64,000 nucleotides of DNA. Origin: Antedon mediterranea (Eukaryota > Animalia > Echinodermata). This document shows, piece by piece, positions 1-13,547 of the stretch (position 1 is the stretch's first letter; every line of letters starts with the position of its first letter). The stretch lies in contig NC_092673.1 of the NCBI RefSeq assembly GCF_964355755.1, positions 29,323,648 through 29,387,647 of the forward strand. Reading direction: 5' to 3'. Under the pieces are notes generated by a model. The model did not search any database. It worked only from the letters and a program-made list of their open reading frames with translations, and was not told where the DNA came from. The translations under genes and the position numbers were made by a program.

Positions 1-2619
1 GTTGCTGTTAATTTTATTCACGTAAATGTGAAACTAATTTATAAATCTGATCGGTTTTATATGCTGAAATTGTTTTAGTAATACACTGTGTAGTATAAAG
101 TTAGTTAGAACTTTTCATTTTCGCGTTTTCAGTGATCAAAAATGATATTGTCTAGGCCCGAATATGAATGCTTCCAGCGTACGACGTATGTAAACAAAGG
201 ACGTTTAAACCGCGATGACCGCATATAAAGTTCGCTCAAGTGAATAGTGGGTAGGCTTTTACTAGCCTAGCGTATTGTGACCGTATGCATGAAACATCTT
301 TCTCTAGCTTATTTTGCATGCAGCGCTAGCTTTACATAAACATGTGTACTACTGTTTTTAAATTTTTTCCCCCGATTTTTAGGTGGTGTAAGGGCCTAGA
401 ACTTATATTATTATTACTGACAGGCTTCTAGAGTAGGCCACTACTATACTACTAGGCCTAGTACTGGTGTAGAACTAGCTGGCATAATAATAGCGTAGGT
501 GTAGATGTATTATGGTGTCGTGTGTGTAGTCTTACAGCTAAAACATTTATTTTTGTATACATAAATCTAATAAATGCTGTGTACTACTACCCGTATATTC
601 AGCTGATTATAACAATACATTCAGCAACCCTATCAACCAACGATTTCTCACAGGTGACATCATTGTTCAGGTGGAAACATTGTGAAAATACTACAACGAT
701 ATTGAATGTATTATTTATTACGAAAGCTGCATCTAGCATGAACATATTTCCTCTCTGACTGAGATCATGTTTTAAACAATAAAAGAAAATAAGGTTGCCC
801 TAAAGAACTAGCTGTAGAAAATCACATAAAACAATGTTTCTCTGTCCCTGAACCAACATAATTCCAATAAACATGGCTATATCATACCAAATGTATTCTA
901 CAAAATAAACAGCCAGCATCATATAATAATTATGGTTTAAAATGTCAAAGACCAACTGATAAATGTGGAATTTGCGTGTATGGTGGTTTGATTCCATAAT
1001 AGTAATACTGTATTTTGATGATGAACTATTGCATTTTCTATGTATATGTACAGGCGCGTAGCCAGAGGGGTTTTTATGGTTCGGGCAAACCCCCATTCCC
1101 GACATGCCCAATACCTCACCCTCATCTCTGAAAATCCTCCAAATACGTGCCCCACACAGTACAAAAGGTTAATTTGAAAAATTCGTTCGTGAATAACTCG
1201 ATACCTTCTTCACTGTATGAGCGTATGTCGAGCGATACGTGTCTGTAAATTTACGAGTTGCAAATGAATTGCCGATTTTCACCTGAAATCCCTGGATGTA
1301 ACATGATATTGATGCGTGTATCGTACTCATAAAGTGAGCTGGGGCACGAACGATTCGTACAAAGGACACCGCCAGACAATAGCGTACGTACCTATATTGT
1401 TTAGATCACGGCAGTCAGCATGCATAAAGTATACCGTAAATCTTCTAATTGTAACCCTGGGTTATTATATTATTCTTTGATTGTTTTTTAGGGTGGGTTA
1501 CTACTAGAAGGGGATTACTATTAGAGTAGTGGGTTACTATTACTTGAAAATAGTAACCCACCCCAACTATTCCGGTCAGCAGCTCATAGCAAAATAATAA
1601 AACAGTACGGATAAACACATTTGTTTGAACAGAACTAACTATCTAACTAACTTATAAACTCAAAAACACTCAATCCTTCCCCACACCCGAGATCAACATG
1701 CATTATCTCCTTATTACTATCAGAGTAGTGGGTTGTTATTATTATAGATTGACTATTGACTGGGTTACACTATTACTATTAAAAGGAGGGTTACTATTAT
1801 TAGAGTGTGGGTTACTATTAGAAGATTGATTAATATTTAATTTCTTCAAATTGCTGTAAATAAATATAGGTAGAGCTATAATAAGCATTGAATTTGCCTT
1901 CTCACACAAAGTGCTTTTTTGGGGGATTCCCCTAGACGTACGTACGTTCACATTGAACTTGAACGCAAGTGAATGATCAAAAAAGGTACGAATACGATCG
2001 TTTTGCTCATTGGTAGCATGCTGCATGAGAGTGTCTTTTCCGACTAATTAGAGGTGCTATTTATCATGAATGTTATGTGCGAGAGTATACCATTTCCGGC
2101 CATCTAGAGGTGTCATTTAACCAAATTTGCTTCGCCCCTCCAGATTTAGGATGGCTTTTAGGTAAGGGTGGAATTAAACGACATTAAACTCATTACAAAC
2201 GTATCAGATTAACATAATTCGTTTTTGCTGTAGCATACGTCGATACACAGTACATAACGTAACCGTCTGTAAACTTCGCCTGGAAAGTAATACTACGACA
2301 CATTTTGGTCCCTGGATGGAATATGATATCACGCGTTTGGACACAACGTTGAACGATTCGTACAAAGGGATACCGCCAGACAAGTGCGTACCTATTGTTT
2401 AATAGTTGGATAGCTGGCAATAATGAATGCATAATAGCCCTCCGACGTACTCGCGGTCAATGGAACGTCGCGGTTTTCTAGGCGCTGAGGCTACGAAGTG
2501 AACGCCAGCGATTTTTACAGTATTCCCCGACTCGACAAAAAGTACCTGTGTTCCCAGATATGGGAATAGGCTCCCCGACGAGGGGATAGAGCCCATGCGG
2601 ATACACAGTTGATGATCTT

Positions 2620-3396
2620 AACCTGGATGTTTTACTATTTTCATGAGATTTAAAACATATTTTTTCTTAGAATATGCCAATTGCGCATTCTTTTGACATC
2701 ATACTTTACTAACTTATGACGTCATAGGTACGTTATATGGTAATTTAAATATTAATTGGAAAGTTTAATACCACATTTATATAGCGGCTATTCTGAATTT
2801 ATGCTAATTAACCTTTTTGATGTCTGACCGTATCATGTTCATTTCAACAGGAAAATGTTAGAAAATTGTTTTCCTGCGGTTTCTACATTTTTTTAGCATA
2901 GGATAATGTCATTTAAGCAGTTATAACATAATATATGACGTCACAACTACCTTATGACGTCATAGTTACGTCATATGGTAATTTAAATATGCTAGTTTGA
3001 AAGTTTAATGTCACATTTATATTTACTCGTAATGCACTTAGGTGGTCTAAAACCAACCGTTGAGGAGATATGGGAACTTCAAATGGTAAATGGCGGCCAT
3101 TTTGAATTTATGCCAATTAACCCACTTTCCGGTGTCCGATTTCGATAAATTTTGGATATGATGTTTATTTGGACTATATCAACTAGACAACACATTTCTG
3201 TTGCATTTAACATCTAAATGATTTCCTCTTCATAAAATGACTTATTTGACCTTTGACCCTTCATATCTCAAAAACGCCCCCTCCCCGTCGCGATCAACAT
3301 TCATATTCGTATTCTACAGCCAAAATTACCCCAGAAAAAGTACATGAAGTAAATTCTGCAAAAAGTGACACCTACACCTCAAATACGACTGGTCTA
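2620..3396. repeat. Transposon-like repetitive region, class uncertain
   Basis: Internal duplication of about 240 bp (ttatgacgtcatag..tacg..atatggtaatttaaatat at about 2714 and 2952) and ggcggccattttgaattt motifs. Confidence 0.5.
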
Positions 3397-3664
3397 TAAC
3401 AATAAATTTAGATAATTAATAGAGTACAATGAATAGCATATAACGGCAGAGCATCCAGATCACGAGGTATGAATGGTCCTGGACCTTGACGTGAATCTGA
3501 TGGCAGAAGGGGGCCATAATTCTTGACGGTACTTTTGCATATATCTACAGTACTATATTTATTTTTTGTTTTACATTTTTTTAGGCACATGGCAAAGGAT
3601 TACCAATAGCAAATTTATCAATAGGTGGTAATCCCCTGACGCAGAGGCTATGAAGCAGTTTATT

Positions 3665-3808
3665 GTGGTAACCCCTACTTGTCTGAAATGATGAACTAGG
3701 TTGCACAGGGTAAACTGTGTACACTATACCTACGGTTTATAGTCCTTAAACGAGTACAGTACTTGTTCCACTACCAGAACTAGAAGCGAGTCAACTTCGA
3801 ACCCTTGT
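3665..3808 (-). mobile_element. Degraded copy of the same SINE
   Basis: Shares acctacggtttatagtcctta, ccagaac...gcgagt and tcgaacccttg with 12910-13058. Confidence 0.75.
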
Positions 3809-4277
3809 TTATATTGTTGGCTTATTTGGTACGGTAAATAGCGACCTAGTGGATTATCGGGAACATATCAATCATGGACTGTGCGACAAGAAAAACAAAG
3901 GAGAAAAGATGTAATTTATCTTTCTGAATACATGATTAAATATGAATTTTAAATGATAAAAGTTACAAATATATTTTAAAATTATATATTCTTTATTTAA
4001 GATTTATTTTGTAACTTGTATGTAATCCCTTCAATTGTATTTTTTGTTGTTTTTGCAATGAAACTAAAACCTTGAAAATAGGTTGTTCTGAATAATTAAC
4101 TTTCTGTAATGGCCTTAACAAAATGAAATCTGTGACATTTATATTTCTGTGTTTGAGGTCAAGGCTTTGCTTCTAATTTATTGTGTCTCTCTCAATTCAG
4201 CTTTTATATTGTGTTTAGGATAAGCATGATAAAGCATGATTTAGCCAATCAAAACTACCAACTTAACAACGTAATTA

Positions 4278-4585
4278 CAGTAAAACCCCACCTTTTAGGG
4301 AATCCTATTCAGGGGACACTCCTATTTAGGGGACACTCCTATTTTGGGAAATCCATATTCAAGAAACATTCCTGTTCAGTCGTGAGTACTATTCAGGGGA
4401 CACTCCTATTTTGGGAAATCCATATTCAAGAAACATTCCTGTTCAGTCGTGAGTACTATTCAGGGGACACCCCTATTTAGGGGACACCCCTATTTTGGGA
4501 AATCCATATTCAAGAAACATTCCTGTTCAGTGGATACTCCTATTCAGGGGACACCCCTATTTTGGGAAATCCATATTCAAAAAAC
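4278..4585. mobile_element. Tc1/pogo(Tigger)-like MITE derivative with internal tandem repeats
   Basis: TA|CAGTAAAACCCC start and repeated ggggacac(t/c)cctatt units. Weaker relatives near 38460-38630 and 60090-60160. Confidence 0.55.
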
Positions 4586-6278
4586 TTGATACTTCTAATT
4601 ATTGAACACCCCTATATAATGTGCTGCTTTTTTAAATGCGTAATATACAAGTAAATAAAAGTGTAGAGATATACAGTAATTTTAACCATGTCTCTTCATT
4701 TCGAGCAACCTGCAAGTGGCGCTAATTGGCCTGTCCACAACGAGATTGAAATTCATGCAGTGTGTTGATCAACTCATCCGAATAACGTACTGTGTGCACA
4801 CAAGTTAGATGTGTTCTCTGAACCTCCAATTTTAAGTCCTTATCCAAGAAGATTTTCTTCTACCATCAACATTTGTCAAGGAGAGCCTTGAAACACAGCA
4901 AAGAGAAAAATTAATTCTTATTTTTATTACAGTGTATATTTTTGATAACTAACTATTATTAATGTAGGCTACCATTTTGTAGGATTCATCTTGTTTAGGA
5001 TGATGTTTATGGTGACATTGACACAGAGATAGGAAACTGAATCATTCTGAACCAGAATAACTCGTGTCTAAGCAAGTTAGCTTTAGTACATCATTACATT
5101 GGGGGAAACTTAATACCAAGGAGATTACACAATCTAAGTTGATGCTTACTTATTATACAACATCTAAATTCTTCATTATTTATAGTTAATCTGTTATAAT
5201 TATAACCTTTTCTAAAATAACTTTTCCTGTTTCTAGGCTAAGTAGGTATAAAAGTATTATTATTCTGATTGACTTTATTCTTTAGTAATTGTTTTTTGGT
5301 CAGCCAACATCGTCTCAAACATGATTGAATTTATTTGGTTGATTGTAGGGCAGGTCCAGGGTCAGAGGACGTTAGAATAGCACGCCCTCTTTTGACAGAT
5401 AAAATTAAATGATTAAATTAATATCTATTTTTGACAGACTATTTATAGATTGTATTAAGTATTGTGAGCAATCAAGGATATCTTATCAGATTTTTACAAA
5501 ATGAAAAATCAATATTTATAATAAAAAATTGAGCACTCAAAGACTGAGATGCAAGATGCAGAGAGCGACAGGGCGTGTTATTTAATATTTTAACCCATAT
5601 ACTCACACTCAACAAATGATCGATTTTCATGAAAATCAATATTGGAATTGTCTGTTAGCTATGTACAAAACGACAAAAAAATAAGACAAAACATTAAGCT
5701 ATGGATTCCCAAATATAGTTATTACTATGTTTATTGTGGTTATATATATATAACTTTATTCAAAAACTGAAAAAATTAACTCTTAATTTCTGGTAATCCA
5801 TGTATGAAATAAATTTTTCACAATAACATTTTCTTAATGAAAAATAAATAATTTCTTAATACTTATAAATAATAAGTAATGTCTTTCTTGCATTGTCAAG
5901 TAATAATACAATAAATGACCATGTGCACACTGATATACTTATGCAAAATATTAGTTGTGATTAACACTACTAATGTAACTGTAGATATTATGATTATAAA
6001 TATAAAATAATTAAACTAAATGAAAATAAAACAGTCTATGTTTTGCTATTGAATTTAATGAAAGATACAGTAAGACAAAAAGAAATATTACAGAAATCAG
6101 AATCTATAGTAATAGTATATTATAGATTGAGAATTAAGTGAAGTATTTTGCAATATATCATTGCTACTATAGTACTAGCTACTATAATTGATTTTGCTAT
6201 GGCATTGTGCTTTTCCTGTAGTGTATATTAAGTGAGGCAGTGCTGGTTATTGCAAGCTGCCTCTCTCAGTGCAGCAGT

Positions 6279-6525
6279 CCAATCAATGAAAAGCACTGTC
6301 AAGGTTACGATGCTAGAGGCAACTTATGCAAATCAGCATACATTTTAACTGTATATTGTGGCATTTAGAACCGTGAATACCGTACAACGGTGATCATTTC
6401 AGCATCGATCTCACACAGAGGTTGTCTTACTATTTGCGCTTTATTAGACAATGGATTTTACAATCAAGTGAATGTACTATTGTCTTGTTTTTTTACTGTT
6501 GATATTTCAAGTATTTAGGACATGC
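6279..6525 (+). promoter_or_regulatory. Candidate alternative RXR promoter and first exon
   Basis: CCAAT at 6279, octamer ATGCAAAT at 6326, then ATGC|gtgagt (ATG 6522). The phase-1 donor matches the phase-1 acceptor at 7080. Confidence 0.35.
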
Positions 6526-7079
6526 GTGAGTATTCCATAAGTTCAGCAGGCTAGTTAATAAATACATGTGGCAATTTTTACAACTTTGCCGCTGAGCTAT
6601 GACTGTTACCATTTTTATTGGGGAACCTCATTTTATTATTAACTGTACTGTAATATAAATTGTAATCTACTTTTTATATTCTGTAAGGTAGTTTATATAT
6701 CTACTGTGAATATTGTTTTAATCTGTTGTGGTTTACACTTCTGAGAATTTCAAAGCTACAAAATAAAATATGTAGATGTTACTATATCAGTGTACCGCCC
6801 ATTTTATAGTTTATATTTTTGTTTTCCACATGCTAAGTTTGTAGTTTTTCTGTACCCAAACCTAGCAATAGGGTTGGGTACAATATTCTACAAACTATAC
6901 AATAAGTCAGTCATAATTGTTTCAACAACACTTTAACAATGCGTTCAAAATCTGCAATAATTCTGTCCGGTACTGTACATGCTTAGTTTTTCTTTTTACA
7001 GTCAACGATTTTTTTGTGTACAATCTTTTAAGAATTCCTATTCACACTATTTTCAAGTTTATTTTATTTTTGTCTTTAG

Positions 7080-7451
7080 ATTCAATAAGTCCAATATCAG
7101 CGATGAGTTCGGTACAGTCTCCCACGACTACCATGGGGTCATCGCCTCTATCAGCACATTCACACGGAGGTCTTGGCTCGCCGCAGATGTCTGGACCGCT
7201 CGGTCACATGCAGTCACCAAATCTATCAAGCATGAGCTCATCATCGCATGAAGATATTAAACCGATAATTTCAAATCCTTTAGTATACGCTCAACCACAT
7301 TCGTCAATGCCAGGCATACCCCATCTACAGATTCCAGGCAGTCATATGCCTTCTAGCCAATTATCTGGGGGAGCTACCTCTCCCATGGGGCATATGCCGG
7401 GACAAAGCATGCATAAAAGCATATGTGCAGTTTGTGGAGACAGAGCATCAG
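7080..7451 (+). CDS. RXR: Retinoid X receptor, coding exon: A/B domain and start of zinc finger 1
   Basis: tttag|ATTCA acceptor and TCAG|gtaagt donor, phase 1/1. Ser/Pro/Met-rich, contains the RXR EDIKP motif and ends CAVCGDRASG. Confidence 0.93.
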
Positions 7452-9983
7452 GTAAGTCATTTATATTTTATGTGCATAATAGTGGTAATAGTTATTTTAT
7501 ACTGGTTTAATTTATCAACATAGTGTCTGGGGGATGTTTTTACATTGCAGGGAACATTTTGATTAAAAAAACATAGTTTGCATTGTGTTTTTAGCTTTAC
7601 AATTTGATAAATTTTGTGCCTTTGGACCGGCCGACTCCATTCCTCTTACAAAAAACCTATCTAATCAACAACACGCTTTCCCTGCTGTCGTCAGACTTTA
7701 ACATGCCGTTCCGTCTGCTCCAGTAGCCAATCATTGTTCAGCATTCCACAACCATGTTAAATTAAGTCAAAAACGATATGATTCTCTGCTTGACAAATAA
7801 TATCTGTATTTTAATGGTATTTTTGCATTAATACATCGTGTATTCCATTCAGTAATGGAGTGTATATTATATTTAGCTGCCACATTTTATAAACACTCAA
7901 AACAAATTAAAAAAGCTCTCATTCAAATAACTTTATTTATTTTAATGGATATAAAGGTAATGCATGTTTCATATTTTATATTTCGTTTGTCACGTGTAAA
8001 AAATGTTATTCTCTATCGGATGTCTTCCATCAACAAATACTTCACTATGACAGAGATTTTAATTATTAAAAAAGATACGTGATTTGATTAAAGAATGCGT
8101 ATGGTGGACTGCCTAACAATTAAACAAATGCGAATTAAATATGTGATTTTTCGCTCCAAATAATGACGTCCTTTCAATACCTTGCATAAAATGTAATTAT
8201 TAACTTATAATTGCATTATTCCTGCCAAATTGTAATGACCTTGCCGGTCAATGCACTTTATGTAATACTTATTATCTTTACAAATGTCTGCAAAGACAAT
8301 TATAATTGAAGGAGATAGATTCTGACTATTGTTCAATTTATTACACATTTATTTCACTATTTCTCCTCGAAAGCAACCTCTTTTAGCCCCCTTCTTATTT
8401 ATGTAGCCTTCTAGTTTTATTAAGTCTTTTTATGAGTTAAGTCTAAATTATAACTTTGTACAAAATAGAGGAGATGTCTACGGATAAACACAAGACCCCC
8501 ACTAGCCTTTGTCTTATGAATTCTTGACATTTTAACTTGGCCCTTTCCTGATTAAAATACTGATATACATTAAATTGAAATACAATTTGTAACAAATTTG
8601 TACAAAACCATGATTGATTGAAAACTACCATTTGAAATGCATTATAACATAATAATCTGTAGACATCCTTAGCCCAACAAAAATGGCGAACAACAGACCT
8701 TAGCCCCACTGACCATAGCCCAACAACCATGGTTGACCACTCTTTAAGAAATGCTGAAAACGCCCAGAATCAATGATATTGAATTCATCTTATGATGTAG
8801 GACGACAACGTAATACTACTACAATACTGTTAGAGGATTTGAACAATGCTGTTTTATCAATTGTTTTTACAGTGCTTAATGTTATAACATTGCACATTTA
8901 GTTGAAAAGCTTTATGATAGCAGTGAATGTTATGACTGTTATTGTAATAACATTCTGAAATAACATTTCATAATGATATACTCATTATAATGAATGAAGA
9001 AAGAAACGAAATTAGTAATGTAATATTGTCTTATAATGGCAAGAAATAAGACATTTATAATGTTAAAATCCAACAGTACACGATTCCTTTTGTAGGGAGT
9101 GAGATTATACTGTTGTATAGTACATAAGATTTATGAACAGCTCTAGGTAGGATAATAATATGAACAGTAATAATATGAAGTTTAAGATACTGTGATATGA
9201 ACAGCAAGATCTTTCTCTAAATTCAGCATGGGCAGTGAGAGATTACAGTACATTGAAATTTTGGGTTATACTAAATTTAGCTAGCTATATTTTGTATTAA
9301 TCTTAACCCCAGAAAATTTACAGTTTTTTGTTCATGGGAGACATACGTTACAGTATTTTGAGAAATTATATTAAGGGTGTAATTACGGATTATTAAGAAA
9401 TAAAATTGAAAAACAGTTTGAGAGTTTAGTGTGTACACAGGACACACTGTTGTCATATAGTTGACAGATTTTATTATTCAGTTTAGACGTCCTGCCATCA
9501 TAAAAATGAGACTAATATCCAGTGTAGAATTGATTTACTTCTGGTACTACAGTACTTAAACAGTTTGTGCCAAATTATTTTATTCCAGCAGATTAAACAA
9601 CTTCTGTTGTTTAAGCTGGATGAAACTTTACCTTACAACTATTTGAGAACGGATTATAAAAATGAATATTATGACTGATTAATTCATGAATGCTCTCGAA
9701 ATACGAACAAGCATACTGTACAATGCTACCGGAATCTGTTCATGTTATGAGCAAAACATTTCTATAAGCCACAGTGAATATGAGTGATTTTAAAATATTA
9801 TTTTCTGCCATCAAAATGTTCTGTTTTAAAGTCTTTTTATTCTCTACATCATGTATAGTTTGTTAATGAATTTTAATGTTAATTTTATGTTGATTTTTAT
9901 AAGCTGGGACTTCTGGCTTTAACGTCGTGGAACTTTATTTGCTCTTTAGAAATCCCAGACATAACAAATAAATGAATTATATG

Positions 9984-10140
9984 CGGTGGCATAACAGCTA
10001 TGAGCGCTCACAGGCTAAACCCAGGGGCCCCAGAGCTCAAGTGGCCCCAGAGCATGAGCAGTCCAATGCAACTATCCAGCGTTGGAGGGCCCATTAGGAG
10101 TTCTAAACCAAGGGCCTTTGCCCTGTGCGTTACGCTACTG
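9984..10140. mobile_element. hAT-like MITE
   Basis: TIRs CGGTGGCATAAC / GTTACGCTACTG, 8-bp target duplication ATTATATG / ATTATATA, subterminal GGGCCC motifs. Confidence 0.75.
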
Positions 10141-12756
10141 ATTATATAAAGGAACATGCTTATAAAAATTATGGTTAATTCAATGTGTGTTAAACTTATA
10201 ATAAATGTTATCGTTTCCATAATTAAAATGTTTTTATTGCGTAACAATGCGAATAATCTACTGTATTTAAATTTTAAAAGCATTTGATCATGAATATAGT
10301 ACTAAAGTACTGAGTGTATAGCTCATGAATTACTCTATCGAAAGTATACGGTAAAGTACGTATAAAAAAAAGGGTAATGATATGAATTGTATGCAAGTGA
10401 TACTAAGATTTATTGTAACAGCCTCTAACTTCACCATAGGTATGAATAAAACCTTATTCTGGTAATTAGCTATTGCTGTGGTATTGGCACGCTCTTATTT
10501 TAATGTTTTCCTTGTGGCGAGGTAATGCTTGTTTGTGGTCACAATTGCATTCATTCTGCATAAAACAGAAAAAAAAGTGCATTAAATTGACATTCACAAA
10601 AGCTATATCAAATTAATTGCTGAATTTGTTTTATATAAATGCTGGTTTTAGAACATTAAAGACCTTAAAATAGATGTTGCACTTCAAAATCCACTAAATC
10701 TGATGTTCATACGTCATAGCAAGTACAGTAAATTGTTACTTGGTTTTATTATAATAAAACATTAAATAAATGTTATTATCAACCCTTAAAAGTAATTTAA
10801 TTAAATTTACTTAAACATACAGTATACAAATTTAGATATTCAAAAAGATGTTAGTAATAATTGGCAACAATTAGGGATGAGATTATCAATCAACAATGGC
10901 ATTTACATAATACTTTTATATGCTTGAATTTAGCCTGAATTTTGGGTGTGAATATAACTCAGGATGGGGCACTCAATTATCATGATTCAGTTATAATGTT
11001 AAAATAAATGCTAGAAGATCAACAAGATCCAGTACATTTACTGTGTACAGTATATCACATTCACAAAAAATCCTAAATGTTACAGGTTTATCTGATTTGA
11101 AATAACATTGTACAGTTTCATTTGAAATGAAATAAACATGTGTTTTTGCATAATTAGTGCACAGTAATATCAAGAGTAACACAGCAATGTATTTTGCTAC
11201 AGTAGTAGCTTTAGGCAGCATCAAAGAAAGGAATAAAATTTGTAATTGGTTAGCCTAGACATCTACAACGGCAAGTTTAATTTATAAAGGCATTTTGCTA
11301 GCTTTGAAATTCAAGAATGGAAATTTTGAATATAAAAGATGACTAAAATGATTTGAAAGGTGTTATTAAATATGTTGGTATTTAACGTAACCTTGCCATT
11401 GGCTGGTAAGCAAGCACAATAAAGAAACTTCTTTTGTTCATTTTCTCACAATATCTTCAGATTTTTGTTTCACCTGGAATAAGGAAATTGAATTGGCATT
11501 GCAGAATGTTTATTTTTTTTATTGTAAAAATAAAAAAATCCTATATTATTGGCTAACTGCAAAGAATTGTAATTATATAAGTACTAACATTTTATTTTTT
11601 AAGCTCAATTTATTATTACAATATTAAATTTGAATTTGGTATCTATAAAAAATGTTATAATTATACAGTACTACCTGTAGTATCACTTGCACATTTTTGA
11701 AAGGTTTCTAGAATGTAAACAGAACGACCCATAAACTTCCTTACTGTATGTAATTATACTGTAGAATAACGAATACAACTTCCTTGTCTGTTAAAGCAGA
11801 GTATAGGTAGTATTACAGTACAGTACTGTACAGTATATTCACACCTGTGTTACAGCGGTAGATGGTAGTCTGGGTTCCAGACAGAGTTTTGACTTAATAT
11901 AAGTATAAGATAAAAATGTTGGCACATATGGCGTTTCATACGTATACTACTTGAGGTTGTATTTTCAGACAAAAAATTGAAACGTTGACTGGTGGACTAA
12001 CATAAAGGACAATAAATACAGATTCGGGGCAAGTCTAGTAGATAGCACAATTTAAAGATAAATTAGCTAAAAAAACAATTATTTTTGTTTCAATTTTGTT
12101 GGTTTATAATATAAAGATTATTATTTTTTATTTTCAAAAATATACTGTACATTAATTATTATACAGCAGTATAAATATATTATAATTTTCAGGTCAGTTT
12201 ACTACACATATTTATTATTATTTGACAAGTGGATTCTGGGAATTTCTCTACTAACAATGGAATGGTTGAATAAAGTTCATTTGGTTATTCTCAGTCTATC
12301 ATTAACCTGGATGGTCAACCTACATTCCTGACCCACATTGAAGACCAGACTTGTGCTAATTATATCATTGAAGGATGTAAAGCTTGTTTGTTTGTTATCA
12401 GCTAAGACTGTTATAGATACTTGATGTCTTCCAGTATAATTGCTACTACTGGTCTGTACAGTAGTGCTATGTATTTGTACAGGATTTTCCTTCACTTCAA
12501 AATCCCAAATAATGTTTACCGTTAAGTCTTTAAAATGTTTTAAGAATCATATGTTTTCTGGTTATTTGCATTATTAAAACTAATAAATGTTCTAGAAATG
12601 GAGTTAAGTGGAACAACTAATGTTTGAAATATTCTAACTTTATTTGCTTCTACTTTTTATTATTTAAAATTATTTCTCTATACAATTCTTATTTTAGAAT
12701 GATTTGACATACATCATATCATCATATATTAAATATTATTAAATTTAAAGAAAAAA

Positions 12757-13121
12757 TTTATTTATTTTTTTTATTTATTCGACTTCTCACTAACTCAGTT
12801 AGTGAAGGATCTGGACCAACAGGTGGTAAACACCTCTAAAACGGTCCAGTCCCAATTTGCACAGTGGCTGTGTGTGACAGTGGCTGTGTTTGTGTGGACT
12901 AGTACACCGGGGTAACCCCCTACTCGTCTCAAAAGATGTACTAGGTTCTTTAAAGTGCGCATGAGCTATGTGTACACTGGACCTACGGTTTATAGTCCTT
13001 ATCCGAGAAGACTCGTTCTACCACCAGAACCATGGAGCGAGTGAGCCTCGAACCCTTGCCGATGTTATAGCTACGTAATTACGGTTCCACTGTCTTAACC
13101 GCTCGGCCACTCACTCGTGAC
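12757..13121 (-). mobile_element. Full-length tRNA-derived SINE with Deu/Nin-type central domain
   Basis: On the minus strand: A box TGGCCGAGCGG, B box GGTTCGAGGC, core TCGGATAAGGACTATAAACCGTAGGTCC...TTAAAGAACC...GAGTAGGGGGTTACCCCGGTGT resembling the DeuSINE/AmnSINE domain, and an (AATAAA)n-like tail. Confidence 0.85.
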
Positions 13122-13301
13122 CAGTAAATTGCAGTATTGCTTGCATACAATATTGCAAATATTTTTTTTTAGTATTATTTTATTATGGGTTTTCCCCGAC
13201 CGTGTAGCCTTTTGATTTCATGACGCCCCAAACAGCTACATAAATAATTAACATTCTTTACTGCGCACACTCAGAAACTTTTACAAAGACTGTTTTACGA
13301 A

Positions 13302-13547
13302 ACACGTAAATAATAATAAATTACAAAACTACAGGAATTGTTTTATCCAGACTACTGAAAATTATTAATTAATAGCTGTTGAAACACAAAAATAATAATA
13401 AATTACAATACTACAGAAATTGTTTTATCCAGACTACTGAAACTTATTAATTAATAGCTATTGAAACACGTAAATAATAATAAATTACAATACTACAGAA
13501 ATTGTTTTATCCAGACTACTGAAAATTATTAATTAATAGCTGTTGAA
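13302..13547. repeat. Tandem repeat, 3 x about 81 bp
   Basis: aacacgtaaataataataaattacaa...ccagactactgaaaattattaattaatagctgttga repeated three times. Confidence 0.92.

Noticed and set aside
12277-12495. 72-aa minus-strand ORF in an RXR intron
   Set aside because: No recognisable domain or exon partners; cannot be supported without a search.
13030-13121. tRNA gene on the minus strand
   Set aside because: It has A/B boxes but no clean cloverleaf, and it continues into a SINE body and tail.
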